Positions 37,924 to 49,000 of a DNA stretch of 64,000 bases are shown in pieces (position 1 is the stretch's first letter; the number at the start of each line of letters is the position of its first letter). The notes beneath the pieces were generated by a model. That model was given only the letters and a program-made list of their open reading frames with translations, did no database searches and was not told the DNA's origin. The translations under genes were made by a program, and so were the position numbers. Source of the DNA: Podarcis vaucheri (Eukaryota); NCBI GenBank assembly GCA_965113315.1, contig OZ220377.1. One strand, given 5' to 3'.

Positions 37924-38299
37924 ATAGGGAGTGGGTGGGCTTCCCTGGTTGTCCTCTTAGAAGGCTACAGTGGAGACCATGATTTCAGTAGAGTTGGTGA
38001 CAGCCGGGGGTGGGACTTGGGGAGTGAGTGAATGAATCCCCTCTCAGAAGACGCTGGGAAGGCGGCAGGAGCCGAAGGAGCGACGGGAGAAGCGTCTCCT
38101 AGCCTGCAGTTTCCCGGAGGCAAGACAGGAGCCCCTAGTGCCTTCCTACCGCAGAAGGGGTGCTCTGCACATGTTCTTGGGTCTCCCTTATTCCGCATTT
38201 GCACTCGCGCTCGGGTGTCCGGCCTTTTCTAGTGGGTCAGCCCTAATTTATATAGAAAGCGAGTACAAGGCGAGGCTCCCTGCACATCGAGGGACACAT

Positions 38300-40000
38300 C
38301 GAGGTTGTATTTATCGTGCGACCTGAAACACGGCTAGGAAAACCCCGCTGCTGCGTTCCGTGGGGATTCCTGCCGCGTCGCGCTCTGGGACAAGCCCTTT
38401 CCCCCTCCGACCCTCCTCCTAGCCGGCCTTCCGACGGCCCCGCCACACCGCCCGCCCTGCAGCGCTCCTGGGCCCGAAGCCGACCCGGAAGGCAGCTGCG
38501 GGACGTCACGGCCCGCTCTCGAAGGGACTCCGTCGGGGCCGCGCTCCCCCGGAGATACGAAATAGGTAGAGGGGACCATTTTGCTGCCGGGATGGGTCAC
38601 TCCCTGGATCCAATTGAGAAACCATGTTTGAATCTTCCTCCCTCAAGTGAGAGCAGCACGTAGAAAACGGGCAGCCCGGACCGCGAAGTGCAAGCGCCCC
38701 CCCTCCCCGCAAAAGAAACACACGCACAAAACGCCTCAGGCACGTGCAGGTTTTTATTTTGCGAGAAATACGTTCATTTTACTGCGCCGGCCATCGCTGC
38801 AGCAGAGCGGAGAGTCCTCTGTGCGGAAGAGAGCCGCTTGCAACATGCTTGCAGGGTAACCTCGCGCGGATATTGCGGGTTGGGGTCAGGCCCCATAATA
38901 ATAATAATAAATTTCATTTATATCCCGCCCTCCCCAGCCGAAGTCGGGCTCAGGGCGGCTAACAACAATAAAATAATACATTATAAAATCATTTCATTAT
39001 AAAATTAATTCAAATCATGAAGAGCAGCAGGCACCAGGGTCGCAGCGACCCTCAAAACCCCATTGACTTCTCTGGCCAGCTTCCTGTTTCTACCCGGAAG
39101 TGCACCGGATGTGACACTCTATCCTTTTTGGGTAGCTCTGCGTTCGCTCCCCGTTGTTTGCATCACGTGCTCACAACGACGCGGCCTCTTGGCATCCCAG
39201 CCAATCAGGAGGCGCGCCGACCTCGTCCTCTGCCCCGATTGGCCGGAGCGGTCACAAGAGCGGAGCGAGTTCGTTCCTCCGGTCTCGCCCGCCTCTTCTT
39301 TCTCGGGCAGCCGCGATGGAGGCGGAGGAAGGACCGCGGCATCTCAGGTGAGGACGCGGAGGGGGCCTCCGGCTGCGCCTGCACATGCGCGCGGGGGACC
39401 CGTCTTGGGAAACCCCCGCTTTGGCCCACGTGCCCCCGGCGGAGTCAAGGGAGTCCCTGGGCATGTGCAGAGTGCGCCCCAGCCTTCCTGCCCCAAGGGG
39501 CGCCCCCACTCCCGCTGCTCCATCGAGGCTCTTCCGCCCCCTTGGGGTTTCCCGCGAGGAGGCAGCAACCCCTCCCGAAGGATTTCGGGGCCCCGTGACC
39601 GGCCTCCGCCCGCGGACAGGCGCTCCTTCTTACAGCAAAGCCCCCGAATGCGGCGCCGCGGCTCCGGAGCGGGAGTTATGCTAATCGCCGCGGGAAGCGC
39701 GAAAGCCGATTTCGGCTTGCAAAGCGCCGGCTGGGATTTGAGTCCTTCGTGGGCCGCTTATTCAGCAGGTGCTGCGCCTGCTGCCAAAGGGGCTCTCCTG
39801 CCCGCACTTGCCACATCCTCCGGGGGCGGTGATCAGGTGCGCCCGCGGAAAGGCAGGCAGGCGGCCGGGAACACGCCCAGGATCGGGGGCTGCCGGGCTG
39901 CCTGCCGGTGGCGCTTCTCCCTCCTCCCGCGGGACGGGGGTCTGGCGCTTAAGTCCCAGCCAGGTCTTCATAACCGCGGCCCTGCGCGGCTCATCCGCTT
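38300..40000 (+). promoter_or_regulatory. INPP5K: INPP5K CpG-island promoter region
   Basis: CpG-rich. Two ETS motifs (ccggaagt ~39094, ccggatgt ~39105), E-box cacgtg ~39164, CCAAT ~39201 and inverted CCAAT ~39238 lie upstream of the ATG at 39316. Confidence 0.85.
38896..38975 (-). mobile_element. Short L2-type 3' tail with (AAT)n inside the CpG island
   Basis: aataataataataaatttcatttatatcccgccctccccagcc...ctcagggcggctaacaac. Confidence 0.6.
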
Positions 40001-43000
40001 TCTGCCTTTGCAGCTCCTGTATTTACGGGGAACCTCCAGTAGATGTTGGGCTCTAGTTCCCAGCAAGCAGCGGAGACAGTGCTCAGGGGTGATGGGAGCT
40101 GTAGTCTGGCAGCCTTTGGAAGGCCACCTGTCTGGGCTACATCCTGTGCCTTGTGGAGGGCTGACTTGGGTGGGGAAACAGACCAAATATGTTTTCCCTT
40201 CCCCACACTACTCTGACCACAAGCTAAGCTCCAACAGCCACCTCTGAACCCCCAAACCCCTTCCTAGCCAGAAGCTGTGTTAATAAAAGCCTCCTGAGAG
40301 GGTCACTTGTCAGATTTGGTCCCTGGCTTGGCAATCCCTCCATGTGGGGCACGTGCCTCAAAACAGGTGATTATACCTCCATGACACAGTGGCAGAAACA
40401 TGTGATTGGCCTCAGTTAACAATAGCTTTTCATAAATCTCCAGGCTCCAGTAGCATTAAATCTTGGCGCGTGGCATGGGTTTGGGGGGTGCACCTTGAGG
40501 GCTTGCAAGGAGGGGAAGAGGATGTCTCTTCCTGCCTCAGAGTTGCCTTCTGGTGTGGTTGACGGCTTCCTTGCTTAGCTTGTGCCAGAAGCAAGGCTTA
40601 ATTCTGCCTACATTGACCCTTCTCTGGCTGGGGGGCGCCTTGGGTGGGGAGTGGGGCATGCCCCTCTCCTTCTGGCCCCATGGCATCTTTGCAGCCTGAA
40701 GAGCCGCTTCAGGACTTGCTCTCCGTCTCCTTGCTGGACCTGGAGGGCACCCCCTCTGCCTTGCGCAGCCGCTCGGCCAGTGTGAGCAGCACGGGCTCCA
40801 GCGGGCGGCTGCAGCTGCGGCAGCGAGTGGCACAGCTCATGGCTTGCGTGGAGGACGTCAGCTCCGATGACGAGATCCATGAGGAAGTCTCACGCACCAT
40901 TGACGAGGCTTTTCTGATCTGTGGGAAGATGCAGAAGCAGAAGCGTCTAGGGATCAGGTGCCCTTCCCAGGCAGACAGGCTCTCTCCAGCGGGGCTTTGG
41001 TGTTTTTAGGGCAGGATTACAGATAATAAGGCACGAGGAGGGGAGAGATAAATGGGGTGGCGAGGGAGCCTGTCCCCACCTGTTTGTACTTCAGCTGCAC
41101 TGCCTTTTGTCTGTCTCTGAAGGTTGCACTTGGTGACCTGGAACGTGGGCACAGCTTCTCCCCCTCCTGATGTCACCTCTTTGCTGCAGCTCAACTTGCA
41201 AGACCAGGAAATGGACATGTATGTCATTGGGTAGGTATTTTGGGAACTAGAGCTGGGGCTCTTCTTGGGGATATCATCCTGGTCATGCCATCTGCAGAAG
41301 CGAGGGGGCGGCCTTCAAGAGCATGGTGCTTCTTGAGATCTTTTGCAGAAGGTCTCTGCAGGTCTCTGGACATAGGGGGAATGTGGCACAGGTGAGAGAT
41401 CTCATTCAAGAAAAGGGGCGGCCATTCAGGATTGTGTGGACTTCAAGAAAGAACGCTCTTGGTGTGTGTGATTTCACTGAGTAGTGCTGAGTAGTCAGTA
41501 CTCAGTGTGCTAAGATGGTATCCAGAATTCTGCCACTGTGTAGTGATGCACCCTCCCTTCCTCTGCTTTCATGTGGATGCAGGCGATGGGTTAAAAGATT
41601 AACAAACATTTTATTGGACAGCAGAGGGACAGCAGCCGCTCCTGCTCTTAGTGGTTCCCAATAGGTCTGGGTACTTTTTGTCAAAATGAGATGTAAGATT
41701 ACCTGGGTTAACCCTGGACTGTTCAGTTTACAGGAGGTGAACTCCAAGATTGTGAATTTCCTATCCGACATGGCCTTTGATGATCCTTGGAGTATTTTCT
41801 TCATGAATGTTCTTTCTCCTCTGCGCTATGTCAAGGTAATCATGTTGATTTGTCTATCGGTGGTCTCTGGCTTACATTCTCCTGATGAATATTCTCTCGT
41901 GTGAGGTGTCCTGTCATTTGGCCGTGGCCCTGCCTCCTTCCTGACCAGCAGACAGTCATAGATCTGCTGCAAGTGTTCCAGATTTTGCATTCAGCATAGG
42001 GAGGCCACACTGGGGAGGCATTCTCAGTGACTGCCCGCTCCTCCCAGGGACTCGCCAAAGCAGAAACCATTCAAGGCTGGCTTTTGGAATTAAGTGTTCT
42101 AGAATTGTCTCCGATGCAAGAAGTAATGTAGTCACAGTGGCTCTGTGCTCCCTCCACTGGTCTGGAGGCAACAAGTGCCTCTGAATACGGTGAATTACAA
42201 GCGTGGAGAGTATTTCTGCTGTTTTCAGGTCCTGCTTATGGGGAGCAGGTTGGCCACTATGGGAAGCAGGGCAGGGGGCTAGAGGACCCCTTTGGCCCGA
42301 TCCAGTTGCTGAAGGACCTTCTTATGTTCTTTTGATTTCAAGAATGGTCTAGTCTGGTTTGATTCCAAAAGGCCTACCAACCACCTGGAATTGCAGTGGC
42401 TGCGCATTAAATTAAATAAGACAAGGCTACAGTTTTGATATTTCCTGTGCTTGGTCCTCAGACACTACTCCACGGCCAGAGTTCTGTTGAGCATTGCACT
42501 GGCTTTGGTCAGATGCTCCCCAGTGCCTTTATCAGGGCTGGGCAGGAAGAGATTCTTGATACTGCCTGTCTTCCATTTATCTCAAATTCCATCACGAATG
42601 GAGGAAGCAGAAGCTTTCCTTGGCCCTCAGAGGAGATGCAGTCGCCTTTCTTTAGCCAACTGAGCAGTGTTTGGACTCCCTTCCCAGGCCTGGGGTTTCC
42701 TGGGGCACCCTAACCTTTTCTGGGGGGTCGCTAGTGTTTGTTTTTAAAAATTCTCTTCTGCTCGCAGGTATCTTCCATGCGCATGCAGGGTCTCCTCCTG
42801 CTGGTCTTTGCAAAGCAGCCTCACGTCCCCTTCATACGGGACATTCAGAGCCAGTTCACTCGCACGGGTCTCTACGGATATTGGGTAAGCAGCTCACCGT
42901 GTTTTCCAGACCTTTTAATGGCTTTTTCAAAGTGCAACTTAGTCTTGGCTTCTGCATGTTGTCAGCGGTGGCTTCAGTGAGGAATAAAAGAACGTATAGA

Positions 43001-46000
43001 ATTTTACTCCTTTTAGTAAAGTTTTGAAACATTTTGTCTGAAGTTATAAACTTGTCAAGGGCTACAGAGAATAATCTGTGTGATGATGCAGGATTGGACC
43101 ACATCAGAGCAAAAAGTGCTGCCATCCCTGGTGCTAGCAAATTTGCTCCTCACTTCTGTACCCAAAGTACAGTCTGATTCCTGGCTACCTATTTAACACT
43201 CATGGTGGCTTACTTCTCTGTTGTCTTGAGGATTCCAGTCCCTTTCTTGTCTTCAAACAAGTTTGGGATTGACCAGGGCTTTTTTTAGCTGAAACTCACC
43301 AGAACTCAGTTCCGACACATCTCAGGTGGGCGCCGTTGCCATTATAAGAGAACAAAGGAGGTATTCCTGAGAAGTTCCAACACCTCTTTTTCTAGAAAAA
43401 TAGCACTGTTTGATATTTATGAATGGTAGGTGTTGCTTCTGAAATGTACCGTATTTTGCGCCCCATAGGACGCTCCGGCCCATAGGACGCACCTAGTTTT
43501 TTGGGGGGGAAATAAAGGGGAAAAAAATTATTTCCCCCCCAGGTGCGGGGCTGGAAGAACCAGGTCGGGGAACAGTGGGAAGGCACGCTCTGCCTCCCCG
43601 CTGTCCCCCGAGCTTGTGGGGCTGGCGATGGGGAGAAGTGCGCTGATCCCGGGACTGCAGGCAGCTCTGTGCGGCCATCCGGAGTGGGGCGGGACTTCGC
43701 TCCCGGTGGCCGCACAGAGCTGCGCTGATCCCAGGACTGCAGGCAGCTCTTCGCAACCCTCGGAGCCGGTCTCCCGAGGGTTGCGCAGAGCTTCCTGAAG
43801 CCCGGAGAGCGAGAGGGGTCGGTGCGCAGCGACCCCTCTCGCTCTCCAGGCTTCAGCGAAAACCTGCATTCGCCCCATAGGATGCAGGCACATTTCCCCT
43901 TCATTTTTTGAGGGGGAAAAGTGCGTCCTATAGGGCAAAAAATACGGTACCTGGAAATGGAAACAAGTTCAATGGAAACAAGTCCCAAAACCGCCTCAAG
44001 CGCTGTTGTTGTGTGATCTGGGGGACCTGATCCGTCCGTGCCTTGCCTTCTTATGTCTTGTAGGGAAACAAGGGGGGTGTCACTACTCGCATGTCTGTCT
44101 ATGGACATACCATCTGTTTCCTGAACTGCCACTTGCCAGCCCACATGGAGAATGCAGGACAGCGGCTGGATGACTTTGAGCGCATCTTGGAGATGCAGCA
44201 GTTTGAAGGCGAAAAGATTCCCAACGTCCTGGATCACGAGTGAGTGGCAACTGAATCTGGTCGAGGCTGCCCTGCTGGCTTGCTTCTAGGAAAAGAGGAT
44301 CCAGCTGGATTGGCCTCTGCTACATATGTCATTGTCCATTTAGTTTAGGGAGCCTCTCTGATAGCTTTGAACCCAAAGTGAGAGCCTCCGGAAGAGGGTT
44401 ATTTCATGAAGGCGGTGGTGGCGATTAATTTGTTGCTGTTTCCACAAAAGCAACTCAAAGTGGTTTACAAAAATGAACATTAAAAACAATCTAAACTGCT
44501 CATCAATAGAATGTGGATTCAATTCAACTTATCCTAATAAAAAGGTGAGCAGAAGGCCACATACTTGACGCTCCAAATTCCCAGGTAAATAACATTTTTT
44601 TTGCCCAACTCCTAAAAAGAGATAGCGGTTGTGGAATTTTGTAGTTTAGGGTTTATTCAGAGCTCCACAGAAGTCCGTTCAAGGGAACAAAATTCCTGGA
44701 AGAAGAGGAGGTCCTCAAGCAGAACAGCCCTTGGTCTCACTCCCAAGCTTGGAAGTCTTCCCTTTTGCTCTGAAGCACCTGGTTCTGCGAAGGGAGGGAG
44801 GTAAGGGACCAGAGAGGGAGGGCCATTTTGAGCATTGTTCTGGCAGCTCTTTTGGGAGCCACTGTAAGTAGTGAGCCTGACTCTGCCCCCCCCCTCCGCA
44901 CCTTGTCACTTTCAAGACTAAGTGATGCTTCCTAATGGGAAAAAACCATGCAGTTCAAAGCAAGCAAGAGGACAGATAACTTTGCACAGTGGTGAAAGAT
45001 AATTGAGAACTACAGAGTAAATGTGCTCCTGAGATGACATGTGCGGATGAATCTGCTATGTCTGACGTCTGCCTTGCAGCTTTCTCCTGTTTTTTCTTAG
45101 TTATTTCTCGTTTCTTCTCTGTGAAGCGTTCTCTTCTGGTTTGGTGACTTGAACTTCCGGATTGAAGATTACGGCCTGCATTTCATTCGAGAATCAATCA
45201 ATAACAGCCGATTCAGCCTTTTGTGGGAAAAGGACCAGGTACTACCTCCAAGTTCTGTTCTCTTCATCCCTGTGCAGGTGCCACCACCATGATCTTCTGC
45301 TTTCCTCTCTCTTCTGGCTTCCCCTGATGGAAGACCCTACAATTTCTCCTGCTGATTCCACCCACCCATGACTCACCCCCCAAATGTCACTTGGCAACAA
45401 ATCTGTGAATATTTACATTTTGTTCCCATACTTTTTTGCCTTATTCATGGTCCATATCTATTTCACAATTGGCTCTAAATTTCCTCCTGGGAAGTTGTGA
45501 AACTTGCCTGTCCCATTCCATATCAATTTCTGTGGAGTAAAATGACCTTCATGTGGATCTCCTTTCCGGAAGGAAGGAAGGAAGGAAAGAAAGGCCTCGA
45601 AGAGGAGGCTGCAGAACTTCTTATATGTAGGATTCTTTTAGTTGGGCCTGGTTGCTGCTTTGCGTTTCTGTTATTCCTTTCTTTTTATTTTTGCAGCTTA
45701 ACATAGCTAAGAAGAAGGAACCCATTCTTCAAGAATTCATGGAGGGGCCCCTGAAGTTCAAACCCACCTACAAGTTTGACCTGTACTCCAATGACTATGA
45801 CACCAGGTAAATGCTGGTGTCACACATCTTGGATGTATGACCAGGCTGGTGAAGGTGAATAAGCAGAAGAAAGCGGGAGGCAGTTTGGGGAAGGAGAGAG
45901 CTTCATCAGTGTCTTGGCCCAAGTCCTCCAAAAGAGCTCCAGTGGAATTGGTGTTTGGGATTTTTGCACTAATGTCTGTTTCTATTTCAGGGGGCAGAAG

Positions 46001-49000
46001 ACGCTCTTTTGGTTTAAGTAAGGAGATTTTGATGCCCTCCTTTCCAAATCTTCAGCATTTTAGACTATTAGGCTATTAGCATTTCAAACTGTTGCTGCTC
46101 TATTCTCTCCAGCTGCTGGAGGCTTGATCCTAACCTGCTAATTGGCGTGATGGACCTGAAATAAAAAAGAGCCTCTTGCATCTGGGTGCAACGGAGAGTT
46201 TCCCCCACAGTGATCAGTGGGGATGAAGGAAGCAGCTGTTCTCCAGCATGATAGCCCTTGCGAATTCAGTTTTGTTGGCTCACTAGGTTTGCTTTCTCGC
46301 CTGCCTGCTGGGGCTCCTCAGAAGTCAGGATAGGAAGTGCTTCTGCTGCACTTGCTTCCACAAGGCACAAAAGGGCTCTGTTGGCTGCTATTTAGTCAGC
46401 TCAGCAGCTTAAAACGGGGTTTGTAGGTTGCTCAGCTGCCCCTTGGGTAGCTTAATCCCTTCAAAGAGACCCCGGTGGGAAATGGAGTGAACAGGTCAGA
46501 GCTTAAGCTACTGGTAACTCCAGTGGCAATAAGAGTTTAGTGCTGCCGAGCAAACTTGTCTTCTTCCCACATCTTTCTATCGTAGAATTATAGAGTTGGG
46601 AGGGATCTGAAGGGCCATCTAGCCCACCCCCTTGCAGTGCAGGAATCCTTTGCCCAAAGTGGGGCTCAAATCCATGACCCTGAGATTAAAAGCCTCATGC
46701 TCTGAGTCCTCTGAGAATGACCAGGCAGCCCAGGCTGTATTTGTCTCCTGGGGTTATCACCATTTCACTCAGGGCCAGAAATGCAGGTGGCACAAACTTC
46801 AATGTGGGCAAACCTCTCCTGAGCACTTGATGGTCTCATGACTTACCACGTGGGCCACTGTAAATGTAGCTGATGCAACCTGGCTAACACTTGGTTGCTG
46901 CTAGTTCGTGTTGTTTTCTGATACGAAGTTGATTAACCTCCCTTCTTCTTCGTCTGCCTTTCTTTTAGATCTGCTAACGTCCAGATAGACATTGTTTGAT
47001 TGAGCTATAAAATGAAGGCGGTGGGGGGCAGTGTATGAACTGGTTTGCTTTGTCCCCATAATGCCTCTGCTGCTGCCACCATGGATAGCAGCTTTGCTTC
47101 GTTGGTGTGTCCTCACTGCCTCCCCTTTTGCAGTGGGAAGAAGCGGAAGCCTGCGTGGACGGACCGGATCCTCTGGAGGGTGAAGCACCTTTTGCAGTTG
47201 GCCTCAGAGGCAGGAGAGATGCCAGAAGAGGAGGCCATTTCTGTGTCGCTGCACAGCTACATCAGCCACATGAGTTACGGCATCAGCGACCACAAACCTG
47301 TCACCGGGACCTTTGTACTTGAGGTAATGTTCTCCTCTCCCTGAGTGCAGAATTGGCTCTTGGAAAAGGAAACCTGGCCACGACTCCGGTCCCTTCCATC
47401 AGAGAAATGGCTGGGCAGATGAAGCCCAGCTACAGAAGTCCTGGGAAGGCTTTGCAAGCTTTCCAGCTCCCCAAGGTGTATTTTCTGATGGACGCTTTGC
47501 AGTCCTGCTCTGTGTCTCAAAGACAGATCACGAACCATCTTATGGTTGGTGGAGAGAGAGCCCTTGCACCCTAAGTAGATAAACAGGATTGACTCTGCCT
47601 TTGATTTCCAGGCCCGTTTAAACTCCTCTCTTGTGTAGGTGCTTGCAAACTGTAACTGCGTCAGCCTACTGATTTGGGAAGGTCTCCTGTGAAGCTGCCG
47701 CACCCCCCAAATTTTTTTTGAGGGTCACTCTACAACCTTTTTAGGATAGCTTAAGTGGCAGCACGGGATGCGGGTGGCGCTGTGGGTTAAACCACAGAGC
47801 CTAGGACTTGCAATCAGAAGGTCGCCGGTTTGAAACCCCACGACGGGGTGAGCTCCCGTTGCTCGGTCCCTGCTCCTGCCAACCTAGCAGTTCGAAAGCA
47901 AGTCAAAGTGCAAGTAGATAAATAGGTACCGCTCCTGTGGGAAGGTAAACGGCGCTTCTGTGCACTGCTCTGGTTCGCCAGAAGCCGCTTAGTCCTGCTG
48001 GCCACATGACCTGGAAGCTGTATGCCGGCTTCCTTGGCCAATAAAGTGAGATGAGCGCTGCAACCCCAGAGTCGGCCACGACTGGACCTAATGGTCAGGG
48101 GTCCCTTTACCTTTAAGTGGCAGCACTTGAGGATTATTAACGTTTTCAGAGTTGGGCGCATGAAGAGTGGCTTTTGACTGCTGTTGAATGGGTGGCTATG
48201 GGATTCAACTTCTTTCCTTTCTTCCAGATGAAGCCTCTGCTTCCTGTCCCACTGGTCAGGCTGCATCCTGTGGGCAACTGGAATGCTGAGCAAGATGCCA
48301 CTGTCCGCTACTCCACAGCTCCTGAATTCCCAAGCAGTGCCTGGGATTGGATTGGTCTCTACAAGGTGACATTGCCACAGATGTGTACTGAGGGGGGAAG
48401 GATAGTAGCTCAACAACAGAGACATGAAGAAGAGTCCTCAGTTGAATTCCTGGCCTCTTGAACTGGGAAAGACCCCTGCCTGAAACCCTGGAGAGATGTT
48501 GCAGTGTAGACCAGGCACCCCCAACCTTCGGCCCTCCAGATGTTTTGGACTACAATTCCCATCATCCCTGACCACTGGTCCTGTTAGCTAGGGATCATGG
48601 GAGTTGTAGGCCAAAACATCTGGAGGGCCGAAGGTTGGGGGTGCCTGTTGTAGGCAGCACAGAGCCAACATACCAATGGCCTGGCTTCCATTTCCTCTGC
48701 TCCTTTGAGGGTGAGGTGTGCTGTGGTCATGAGAAAAACTGTGGCATTTTCTCCTTGTGAAGGAGAGGTTCTCCTGGTTCCTCCTGACAGTGTCAGAGAT
48801 TTCCTCCTGCCCAGAGTGCCCACAGTTCCAAGAGGATTTTTGGCATCCTGCAGCCAAGGATGACTAAAAGGAGGCAGTGGTGGGTTGTGTGAAGCCGAGG
48901 TATCAGGGTGGGAGGGCGCTGAGTGACCTGAGCAAAGGGTCTGGTTCCCTTGGGGGAAAGAACAGGCTGCAGACCCCGGCCCAGAAACAAAGGCAAGGCT

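Noticed and set aside
38190-38260. Pol III type-3 (U6/7SK-like) promoter, suggested by ATTTGCAC and a TATA element
   Set aside because: The octamer is imperfect, the spacing is wrong, and there is no recognisable PSE or known small RNA nearby
46650-46706. Functional tRNA-Lys gene
   Set aside because: The 5' end and A box are missing, the B box is mutated, and it is fused to a CR1 tail, so it is a SINE
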